A stretch of DNA of 64,000 bases from a virus (IMGVR_UViG_3300021399_000101:129630-193629); one strand, 5' to 3'. Positions 1-6,465 are shown, counted from the stretch's first letter. The notes: generated by a model not told the origin, from the sequence alone. A program made the numbers and translations.

Positions 1-99
1 CCCGGAAGTTTTAAACGAGATAGATTATTTTCCTGTCAAAATCTTTTTTGGGTATTGGGAAGACGGAACTAAAAAAATGACTTATTCCCATAATGTAGA

Positions 100-128
100 T
101 TGACAAAATTTCTTAAAACTGTTATAAT
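100..128 (+). promoter_or_regulatory. sigma70-type early promoter for the TROVE gene
   Basis: TTGACA, 17 nt spacer, TATAAT; followed by AAGGAG RBS and ATG at 159. Confidence 0.85.
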
Positions 129-158
129 TTATATGTAATTGATAAGGAGAAATAGATT

Positions 159-1601
159 ATGGCAAATGCATTCACACAGGCTATAAATAATATAACATTT
201 ACACAGAATGGAGCACTTACTTACTCAACTTCGGGTAATGCTTGTGTTGATCTTTTCTCAAAGGCTGGAGCAATTCGTAAGAAGAGCGAAAAGGAAATTG
301 TCGCTCTTTTTGTAGACGCATTTAAGGAGAACCCTGAGTATGCACTTAGGATTCTTGCTTATGCTCGTGACATTCGTGGCGGTCTTGGAGAAAAGAGAGT
401 TTATAGAACAATAGCTCGCACTCTGCTTGATAAGGGAGCAAATCTTGACGTCTTTGCAGATATGACTGTCGAGCTTGGTTCTTGGAAGGACATCTTTGAA
501 GTCTGTACTGACGAGGAGATAGCACGCATTGTTCATAGGGAATATGCTCGTAGAGCAGAAGCCGGTGAAAAGCGTCCTAACCTCATGGAGAAGTATATGT
601 TCTCTATCGGCGGAAAGGATAATAGGCGTGCTGAGATTCTTGCTCATTCTCTTGGCCTTACACCCAAGGCTTACAGAAAGTATCTTTCCAAGGCGCGTAA
701 GGACATTGACATTGTTGAAACACATATGTGTGCCAATAACTGGGAAGGCATAAAGTATGACCATGTTCCTTCTAGGGCAGGTCTTATCTACACTCATGCC
801 TTCGGTAGACACGATGCTACAAGATACGGTGAGTATCTTGAATCAGTCAAGAAGGGCGACGTAAAGATGAACGCATCGGTTCTCTACCCTTACGAGGTTG
901 TCCGCAAGATTTACCCCAACATGGATTGGCAGGGAAGAATTACTGGAGATGTATCTGCATACGAAGCTATGTGGCAGAATCTCAAGGATTTCCATTGCGA
1001 TGGGAACTCGATTGTCGTAACAGACGTTTCGGGTTCTATGACTTGCGACAACTATATGCCCATTTCTGTGGCTATTTCTCTTGCGATTTATTTCGCAGAG
1101 AGAAACCATGGGGCATTCAAGGGCCAGATGATTACATTCTCCAGCAGACCGGAGTTCTTTGAGATTCCTAATGGAAGTCTCGCTTCGAAGGTTCAGCGTG
1201 TTTCACAGGCACCTTGGGGAATGGGCACAGATTTGAACAGAGTGTTTGATATTATACTCTCAAGATGCGTGACAAACCATGTTCCTGCTGAGGATATGCC
1301 CAAGACAATTTATATTGTCTCAGACATGGAGTTCGATCGCTGTGCAAGCCTTACAAACTACGAAGCAATCAAGGCTCGTTATGCCGAAGCCGGCTATGCT
1401 TGTCCGAACATCGTGTTCTGGAAGGTCAATGACCATGGTTCAACACCGGTACGCTTCAACGACAAGGGCGTTGCTCTTGTGTCTGGCTGCTCACCTTCTG
1501 TGTTTGAACTCGCCGTATCAGACGATCTCGACCCTGTTAAGTTCATGCTTCGGGCAATCATGGATCCAAGATACGACATAGCAGCGAAGTTGCTCTCTTG
1601 A
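159..1601 (+). CDS. TROVE/Ro60-like RNA-binding protein with C-terminal vWA domain (DUF2828-type)
   Basis: N-terminal TQNGALTYSTSG..CVDLF, RDIRGGLGEK, YDHVPSRA, MNASVLYPYEV; vWA MIDAS motif VTDVSGSM and SDMEFD. Confidence 0.85.
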   Translation: MANAFTQAINNITFTQNGALTYSTSGNACVDLFSKAGAIRKKSEKEIVALFVDAFKENPEYALRILAYARDIRGGLGEKRVYRTIARTLLDKGANLDVFADMTVELGSWKDIFEVCTDEEIARIVHREYARRAEAGEKRPNLMEKYMFSIGGKDNRRAEILAHSLGLTPKAYRKYLSKARKDIDIVETHMCANNWEGIKYDHVPSRAGLIYTHAFGRHDATRYGEYLESVKKGDVKMNASVLYPYEVVRKIYPNMDWQGRITGDVSAYEAMWQNLKDFHCDGNSIVVTDVSGSMTCDNYMPISVAISLAIYFAERNHGAFKGQMITFSSRPEFFEIPNGSLASKVQRVSQAPWGMGTDLNRVFDIILSRCVTNHVPAEDMPKTIYIVSDMEFDRCASLTNYEAIKARYAEAGYACPNIVFWKVNDHGSTPVRFNDKGVALVSGCSPSVFELAVSDDLDPVKFMLRAIMDPRYDIAAKLLS

Positions 1602-1643
1602 GCAATTTCCTGCTAATGACAAGATAAGATTAAACAACTTTTT

Positions 1644-1861
1644 TGGATAGTAAACAGCAACTAAATTCATAAATAAATGATTTGGTTACAGAGAGTGAAA
1701 AGTTTCAAGAGGGGGTAACTTCAACTGGGCTTTTCTTAGCACGACTTAAAGTGTCAACGTGCGAATCTAAACAAAAGATACCTTCGTTCCGTAGAAGTAA
1801 AATCACAGGCTCGTCGCTAACCAACGAATCTAAACAAATGGCTAAACCTACTATCCAGTTT
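1644..1861 (+). ncRNA. putative Y-RNA-like element 1
   Basis: Closing stem TGGATAGTA/TACTATCCA, then ACAGCAA, ending CCAGTTT; inner stem TTGGTTA/TAACCAA; 43 nt downstream of the TROVE stop. Confidence 0.6.
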
Positions 1862-1933
1862 GCGGTTTTCGTATAATGGTTATTATACGACCTTGCCATG
1901 GTTGAGATACGAGTTCGATTCTCGTAAGCCGCT
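1862..1933 (+). tRNA. tRNA-Gly(GCC)
   Basis: Cloverleaf; anticodon arm CGACC-TTGCCAT-GGTTG; T loop TTCGATT. Confidence 0.9.
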
Positions 1934-1968
1934 TCCCATAGTTGCCTCCTTATCAATTTTACTATGGT

Positions 1969-2095
1969 TGGATACTAGCAGCAACATAAACTTATAGTTC
2001 TACTGAAAATAGAAGATATATGGCGAGCTTAAGTGCCGTGGCATATTCGCCACAATGACCAGTAGTTAGCCATGCAGATTTTTGGTATCCAGTTT
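1969..2095 (+). ncRNA. putative Y-RNA-like element 2
   Basis: Closing stem TGGATAC/GTATCCA, GCAGCAA after the 5' strand, 3' end CCAGTTT, internal hairpins. Confidence 0.6.
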
Positions 2096-2100
2096 GAGAC

Positions 2101-2129
2101 TTGACAAAAATCTTAAAAATTGTTAAAAT
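2101..2129 (+). promoter_or_regulatory. sigma70-type promoter driving the tRNA array
   Basis: TTGACA-17-TAAAAT followed by the recurring GTGTAAAGAAAA motif. Confidence 0.8.
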
Positions 2130-2550
2130 ATAGGTGTAAAGAAAAAAACAGAAATTTGGTTTTTCACAAATTGTTTCTTTCTGATTTTTCAACCGAACAT
2201 TTGTGGGTCGCTCCCACTCAAAGGCTTTTTGACCAAAGTACACAAAAACAATTTAGGAAACAAGAAAAGGGAAAGAGTTGAGGATAGCCCTTTGTTCTCA
2301 GAGAATTCTGCTTGTCACTCGTTACTTAGGCATTAGGAATTCCACCTTCGTAACCAATCCTCCTTTTGTGGGAAAAGATGAAACAGCCCAGTAGCATAAG
2401 TTGGTATGATGCTAGAAATCACACAGATAGGTCTAGTAATGCGTTTCCCACTTTTAAAAACTCGTCTGACACATGGTTAGGTAGAGCAGACGGTTCACGG
2501 TTTAGCGTTTTTTCCAGTTTGAAGCAAAACCAAACAAAAAGCCTTTATAT

Positions 2551-2622
2551 GTTCGGTTCGACTAATGGTTAGGTCATCACCCTCTCAAGGTGAAGATATT
2601 GGTTCGAATCCATTACCGAATA
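2551..2622 (+). tRNA. tRNA-Glu(CTC), copy 1
   Basis: Anticodon arm TCACC-CTCTCAA-GGTGA; acceptor GTTCGGT/ACCGAAT. Confidence 0.88.
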
Positions 2623-2625
2623 ATT

Positions 2626-2689
2626 TGGATACATACAGCAATACTTTTATAAATTTTCATTTTGGACAGAAAAAAAGCGTATCCAGTTT
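2626..2689 (+). ncRNA. putative Y-RNA-like element 3 (minimal)
   Basis: TGGATAC-AT-ACAGCAA ... GTATCCAGTTT with only an A/U-rich loop. Confidence 0.6.
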
Positions 2690-2730
2690 ATTATTGTAAT
2701 TGTAAAGATAAAAACGCAAGGAGAAAGTAT

Positions 2731-2856
2731 ATGGCACAGATTAATTGGTTTAACAGTATGAATAATTACTCAGCCAAGGCATCAGTCTGCCCTGATACCC
2801 TCATTACATTCAGAGGATATCACCAGCCATATATTTTCAAGCCGACATACCATTAA
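2731..2856 (+). CDS. small hypothetical protein (41 aa)
   Basis: AGGAG RBS, ATG, and a downstream terminator hairpin. Confidence 0.5.
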   Translation: MAQINWFNSMNNYSAKASVCPDTLITFRGYHQPYIFKPTYH

Positions 2857-2883
2857 AATACCTTACACACATAAAAATGGTAC

Positions 2884-2915
2884 AAGGCTTGGAGCGAAAG
2901 TTTCAAGCCTTTTTT
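2884..2915 (+). terminator. Rho-independent terminator-like hairpin
   Basis: AAGGCTTG..CAAGCCTT stem followed by a T tract. Confidence 0.6.
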
Positions 2916-2919
2916 ATTA

Positions 2920-2992
2920 TAGCCCTATCGTTCAACGGCAGGACATCTGATTCTGGTTCAGATTATCGAGGTTCAAATCCTTGTGGGGCTGT
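2920..2992 (+). tRNA. tRNA-Gln(CTG)
   Basis: Anticodon arm TCTGA-TTCTGGT-TCAGA; T loop TTCAAAT. Confidence 0.88.
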
Positions 2993-2993
2993 T

Positions 2994-3164
2994 ATGGAAA
3001 AAGATGTTTGTAATGAAATTTATAATTTCATTAAGGAGTGGGGCCCGGATATGGTTGCCTCAGAATTAAGTACAATAGTTCATTTAGCAGATATCCTTAC
3101 AAAAGAAGAAATTGTAGCAAGATGCGTGGCTATTAGAAATGCTTTATGGGATATAGAAAAATAA
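2994..3164 (+). CDS. small hypothetical protein (56 aa)
   Basis: ORF MEKDVCNEIY... between tRNAs; the ORF-track start at 2877 overlaps tRNA-Gln and is unlikely. Confidence 0.55.
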   Translation: MEKDVCNEIYNFIKEWGPDMVASELSTIVHLADILTKEEIVARCVAIRNALWDIEK

Positions 3165-3169
3165 ACGTT

Positions 3170-3253
3170 GGAGCTATGGAGTAATGGTATCTCAACGCCC
3201 TGCTAAGGCGTCCAACCTTTAAAGTTGTGCAAGTTCGATTCTTGCTGGCTCCG
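3170..3253 (+). tRNA. tRNA-Ser(GCT)
   Basis: Anticodon arm ACGCC-CTGCTAA-GGCGT; long variable arm. Confidence 0.9.
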
Positions 3254-3470
3254 AATTTTTGGTATTAAGTTCTGAAATAGTTTGCCATTCCACAGCTATT
3301 AAGAATACTGATACTAAAGAATCTGGTGACATTGGTGAAACTGGGAATCAGGTGGAATTGAGGAACAGCCTTTAGATTTGGTGGTGAATAATCCAATGTG
3401 TTACAGATAGGAAGAAGTAAGGCTACCAACCACCAGTATTTTGAATATTATGTTGTTGTAATATAATAAT

Positions 3471-3543
3471 TGCCCTAGAGTTCGTGTGGTAGAACGGTGG
3501 ACTGTTAATCCATGTGTTGTAGGTTCGACTCCTACTGGGGCAG
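3471..3543 (+). tRNA. tRNA-Asn(GTT)
   Basis: Anticodon arm GTGGA-CTGTTAA-TCCAT; canonical T arm. Confidence 0.92.
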
Positions 3544-3549
3544 TAAAAT

Positions 3550-3620
3550 GGCTAATTCGTTCAAAGGTAGGACCCATGGCTGAAGACCATGTTATCTTGG
3601 TTCAAGTCCGAGGTTAGCCA
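3550..3620 (+). tRNA. tRNA-Phe(GAA)
   Basis: Anticodon arm CATGG-CTGAAGA-CCATG. Confidence 0.88.
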
Positions 3621-3622
3621 TA

Positions 3623-3695
3623 GACTCGTTACCCAAGCGGCTAAGGGAGCAGTCTGCAAAACTGTTATCGGTGGATTCGACTTCCACACGGGTCT
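3623..3695 (+). tRNA. tRNA-Cys(GCA)
   Basis: Anticodon arm GCAGT-CTGCAAA-ACTGT; U discriminator. Confidence 0.88.
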
Positions 3696-3718
3696 CTCAT
3701 AAAATAAGTGAGGAAAAT

Positions 3719-3937
3719 GTGAGCGAGCTTAATCCGTGTCCAAAGTGTTTCTGCGAAGGAACTCAAATTGAAAAAGAGATATGGTATAAAGGTTATTATG
3801 ATAGTTCTTGTCTTCATAAATTTATAGCCAAATGCCCGTATTGTGGGTTCGAAATGAGGAGAAACGGCAAGAAACACAGAAAAGATTTAGTACTCAGTTG
3901 GAACACTTTATATAAGAAAAATTTTGACAGAGCATAA
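3719..3937 (+). CDS. Lar-like (restriction alleviation) zinc-ribbon protein
   Basis: GTG start after GAGG; ELNPCPKC ... CPYCG pattern typical of the Lar family. Confidence 0.55.
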   Translation: MSELNPCPKCFCEGTQIEKEIWYKGYYDSSCLHKFIAKCPYCGFEMRRNGKKHRKDLVLSWNTLYKKNFDRA

Positions 3938-3941
3938 AAAT

Positions 3942-4025
3942 AGAGGAGTACGTTAGCGGCTATACAGGCGGTCTTGAAAACCGATTGACCCAAAAGGTCC
4001 GTGGGTTCGAGTCCCACCTCCTCTG
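3942..4025 (+). tRNA. tRNA-Ser(TGA)
   Basis: Anticodon loop CTTGAAA, long variable arm, acceptor AGAGGAG/CTCCTCT. Confidence 0.9.
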
Positions 4026-4046
4026 AATAAAATAAAGGTGATTAAA

Positions 4047-4205
4047 GTGGATATTAAAAAGTATTTTGATGCAGTTGATGATGTATGTATAAATTGTCGC
4101 TATCTTAACGAAAAGACTTGTGAAACTTGTCCAGTCAGAAAGACTTGCGATGACATACTCAAATCAAAAGAATACGAGGAATATGTACTATCTCGCCTTA
4201 AATAG
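4047..4205 (+). CDS. small Cys-rich hypothetical protein (52 aa)
   Basis: AAGGTG RBS, GTG start; CINC...CETCP...C pattern. Confidence 0.55.
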   Translation: MDIKKYFDAVDDVCINCRYLNEKTCETCPVRKTCDDILKSKEYEEYVLSRLK

Positions 4206-4277
4206 GTTCTTAGCTCAGTTGGTTAGAGCACTTGTCTGATACACAAGGGGTCCTAAGTTCAATTCTTAGAGAGCCTA
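4204..4277 (+). tRNA. tRNA-Ile(GAT)
   Basis: Anticodon arm CTTGT-CTGATAC-ACAAG. Confidence 0.9.
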
Positions 4278-4280
4278 ATT

Positions 4281-4404
4281 TGGTTAGTTACAGCAATAAA
4301 ATTTTTGCATGGTCAACGCCGTAGATAGAGGTTCGAGTCCTTTTCTGCCCGTAAGTTTCGTGGGTGGATAGTTTAATGGTAGAACAACGTATATACTAAC
4401 CAGT
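4281..4404 (+). ncRNA. YrlA-type Y RNA (circularly permuted tRNA-like module inside a closing stem)
   Basis: Closing stem TGGTTAGT/ACTAACCA plus ACAGCAA; inside, in T-acceptor-D order: T arm AGAGG-TTCGAGT-CCTTT (4327-4343), loop-closed acceptor TCTGCCC/GGGTGGA, then TA and D arm GTTT-AATGGTA-GAAC. Confidence 0.8.
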
Positions 4405-4409
4405 ATATT

Positions 4410-4482
4410 GCCGGTGTAGCTCAATTGGCAGAGCAGCTGACCTGTAATCAGCAGGTTGGGGGTTCGATTCCCTTCGCCGGCT
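4410..4482 (+). tRNA. tRNA-Thr(TGT), C33
   Basis: Anticodon arm GCTGA-CCTGTAA-TCAGC. Confidence 0.9.
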
Positions 4483-4489
4483 TACACAT

Positions 4490-4563
4490 ACCCATGAGGG
4501 CAAACAAGCAGAGCCGCCACCCTGTCACGGTGGAGATAGCGAGGGCAGCACTCGTCGTGGGTG
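4490..4563 (+). tRNA. tRNA-Asp(GTC)
   Basis: Anticodon arm CCACC-CTGTCAC-GGTGG; atypical T loop GGCAGCA. Confidence 0.8.
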
Positions 4564-4622
4564 TAGGCAGATGAAAGTGCACAGTCATCTGTTGAAGTTT
4601 GTACAGACTTGGTTTAGCCGTT

Positions 4623-4692
4623 AGTAATGTAGTTTAAGGGTAAAACGCTCGGACGCCCCGAGAAATCTAGGTTCGAATCCTGTGTATTACTA
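4623..4692 (+). ncRNA. tRNA-like element with aberrant anticodon loop
   Basis: Acceptor AGTAATG/TATTACT, D arm and TTCGAAT T loop present; anticodon arm CTCGG-ACGCC-CCGAG has a 5 nt loop. Confidence 0.6.
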
Positions 4693-4699
4693 TAATAAA

Positions 4700-4772
4700 C
4701 GGGGTGTTGGATAGTGGCTATTCCGCCTGCTTTGGGAGCAGGATATCGTGGGTTCGAGTCCCGCCACCCCGA
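4700..4772 (+). tRNA. tRNA-Pro(TGG)
   Basis: Anticodon arm CCTGC-TTTGGGA-GCAGG. Confidence 0.92.
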
Positions 4773-4781
4773 CTAGCTGAC

Positions 4782-5070
4782 CTACCCGGTGTAGGAATAG
4801 TACAGATGATGAAGCAGACGTGTTTCATCATTGGCTTTGGACTGGCAGACGTGCCTGGGTCCACCTTTTTTAGTGGTAACCAAAACTTGGTATTACTCCA
4901 AAACTTGGGAAAGCCACACTTTGGAAAAGCTTCCTTGGAAGAGACGCCAAGCGACTCTATTCCGGATAATCCAAGGGAGCTGATTACCACCTCACCGTGG
5001 GGAGCAACCCACGCCTCTTTTGAGGGTAGAAATGCTGAACTGTCCGGGCGGTTCTAAAACTACCCGGAAC
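4782..5070 (+). ncRNA. unidentified GC-rich structured RNA (~290 nt)
   Basis: Multiple hairpins, three CCAAAACTTGG-like mini-hairpins, terminal pairing CCGG(T)GTAG/CTACCCGG; no credible ORF. Confidence 0.5.
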
Positions 5071-5072
5071 CT

Positions 5073-5143
5073 GCCGTTCTCGTATAATGGCATTACAGAA
5101 GTTTCGTAATCTTCTGATTGGGGTTCGATTCCCTAGAGCGGCT
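5073..5143 (+). tRNA. tRNA-Thr(CGT)
   Basis: Anticodon loop TTCGTAA; acceptor GCCGTTC/GAGCGGC. Confidence 0.85.
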
Positions 5144-5144
5144 T

Positions 5145-5303
5145 ATGACGAGAGAAGAAACATTAAAAAATATAAATGATTTAAATAAATTGCTTGATAC
5201 AATAACAGACGAGGAACTTTACGAACATATGATGAAAACCTCGCCGTCGTTTAGAGAAACAGTTGAAAAGCTTGATAAGTTTTTAAAAGATATGGGCTGT
5301 TGA
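5145..5303 (+). CDS. small hypothetical protein (52 aa)
   Basis: ORF MTREETLK... between tRNAs. Confidence 0.55.
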   Translation: MTREETLKNINDLNKLLDTITDEELYEHMMKTSPSFRETVEKLDKFLKDMGC

Positions 5304-5365
5304 TAGAGCGGTTGATATGATGGGCCCTTACCCCATATAGACTGGTTCGACTCCTTCACGGCTCA
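5294..5365 (+). tRNA. divergent tRNA-Lys(CTT), C33
   Basis: Anticodon arm ATGGG-CCCTTAC-CCCAT; mismatched T stem. Confidence 0.6.
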
Positions 5366-5370
5366 AATAT

Positions 5371-5443
5371 AGGACTGAAGTTCATAAAGTTGAACACTGC
5401 TCTCATAAGGCAGATGTAATTAGTGCAAGTCTAATCAGTCCTA
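5371..5443 (+). tRNA. tRNA with CAT anticodon (elongator Met or Ile2)
   Basis: Anticodon arm CTGCT-CTCATAA-GGCAG; fully paired acceptor, so not initiator type. Confidence 0.85.
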
Positions 5444-5449
5444 AAAAGC

Positions 5450-5688
5450 GGATTGCTGAACTAGCTTTATAAGAATAATTTCTCAAGAGTATAGTTCGAT
5501 TGGTAAAGAAAGGCCAAGAGCTATGTGTCGGATTGATTGACCGATTTTCCGAAATGAGTCAGGAAAACTGAATGATACGGAAGTACCTAACTTAGATTTA
5601 GGTGTGTGAGGGATTCCAAGTGGTAGGTAACGACTACAGAACGCTCACCGATAAAAAACTGTGAAACTCAGTATAATGGCTGTAATCC
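5450..5688 (+). ncRNA. unidentified structured RNA (~240 nt)
   Basis: Ends pair (GGATTGC/GTAATCC); ORF-free interval between two tRNAs. Confidence 0.4.
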
Positions 5689-5702
5689 ATTTTTAACAAT
5701 AT

Positions 5703-5775
5703 AGGCTCTTAGCTCAATCAGGAGAGCGCTTGCCTTACAAGCAAGAGGCAATTGGGGCAGAACCAATAGGGCCTA
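5703..5775 (+). tRNA. tRNA-Val(TAC)
   Basis: Anticodon arm CTTGC-CTTACAA-GCAAG; atypical T loop GGCAGAA. Confidence 0.85.
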
Positions 5776-5946
5776 AAGAAACTGACCTAAAGAGTTTCTG
5801 AAACTTTTTCTTTAGGAAGCGTGGGGAAGCCAGCGGGGCCATGTCGTTCGGACCAAACACCACAGTTAACCACGCAGAACGATACATGAGGCTGTATGTT
5901 ATGAGTAAGCCTTCCGGAGGGCATAACATAGGTTGCCTCAATTTTG

Positions 5947-6019
5947 GGGCGGTTCATATAAAGGCTTATTATGGTAGCTTTGCACGCTACTCATACGGGT
6001 TCGATTCCCGTACTGTCCA
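5947..6019 (+). tRNA. tRNA-Ala(TGC)
   Basis: Anticodon arm GTAGC-TTTGCAC-GCTAC; G3-U70 pair. Confidence 0.88.
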
Positions 6020-6020
6020 T

Positions 6021-6093
6021 GTGGATGCTAGTTTATTCAGCAAAACGCCGGGCTGTGGACTCGGAGTGCTAGGAGCAAAGCCTAGGTATCCAA
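6021..6093 (+). tRNA. tRNA-His(GTG)
   Basis: Anticodon arm CCGGG-CTGTGGA-CTCGG; encoded G-1; atypical D and T loops. Confidence 0.75.
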
Positions 6094-6196
6094 AGTTGTC
6101 CTAGACGTAGGAATCGTAGAACACCTAACACCTCTCTCGGAAGTGTCCCATGGGTCTCAATCGTAGGTGAGCCGGAAGCAGCGGGTACTGCTTAAT

Positions 6197-6282
6197 GACC
6201 GAGTACCCGAATAGGTATAGGGGCTTGGTTGAGGTCCAAGTGTCCGGTAACGGCAATGTGGGTTCAAGTCCCACCTCGGTCA
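6197..6282 (+). tRNA. tRNA-Leu(GAG)
   Basis: Anticodon arm CTTGG-TTGAGGT-CCAAG; long variable arm. Confidence 0.88.
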
Positions 6283-6391
6283 AATAGAGATAACAACATA
6301 ATTTAATCAGGCTATATTCTTCGGAATACGTCTCTAGTAACTGATTTCATTATTATACTGAAGAGGCTAGAGGCTTCAGTAATCTCTATAT

Positions 6392-6465
6392 GCTCTCGTA
6401 TCCCAATTGGCAGCGGAAGCTGGCTTAGAACCAGTTCAGTGTAAGTTCGAATCTTACCGGGAGTA
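6392..6465 (+). tRNA. tRNA-Leu(TAG) with short variable loop
   Basis: Anticodon arm GCTGG-CTTAGAA-CCAGT; variable loop only about 5 nt. Confidence 0.85.

Noticed and set aside
258-1581. Alternative-frame ORFs overlapping the TROVE gene, and similar shadow ORFs over the sheath, permease, MCP, scaffold, portal, HAD protein and ligase
   Set aside because: Fully nested in long genes with clear family motifs; no RBS; low-complexity products mirror the codon bias of the real gene.
5947-6019. Possible tmRNA 3' end (ACGGGTTCGATTCCCGT..TCCA with G3-U70)
   Set aside because: A complete Ala(TGC) cloverleaf explains it; there is no mRNA-like domain.
6160-6190. GGAAGCAGC word resembling SRP RNA domain IV
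   Set aside because: The upstream CAGG and the GGAA-tetraloop hairpin geometry are missing.
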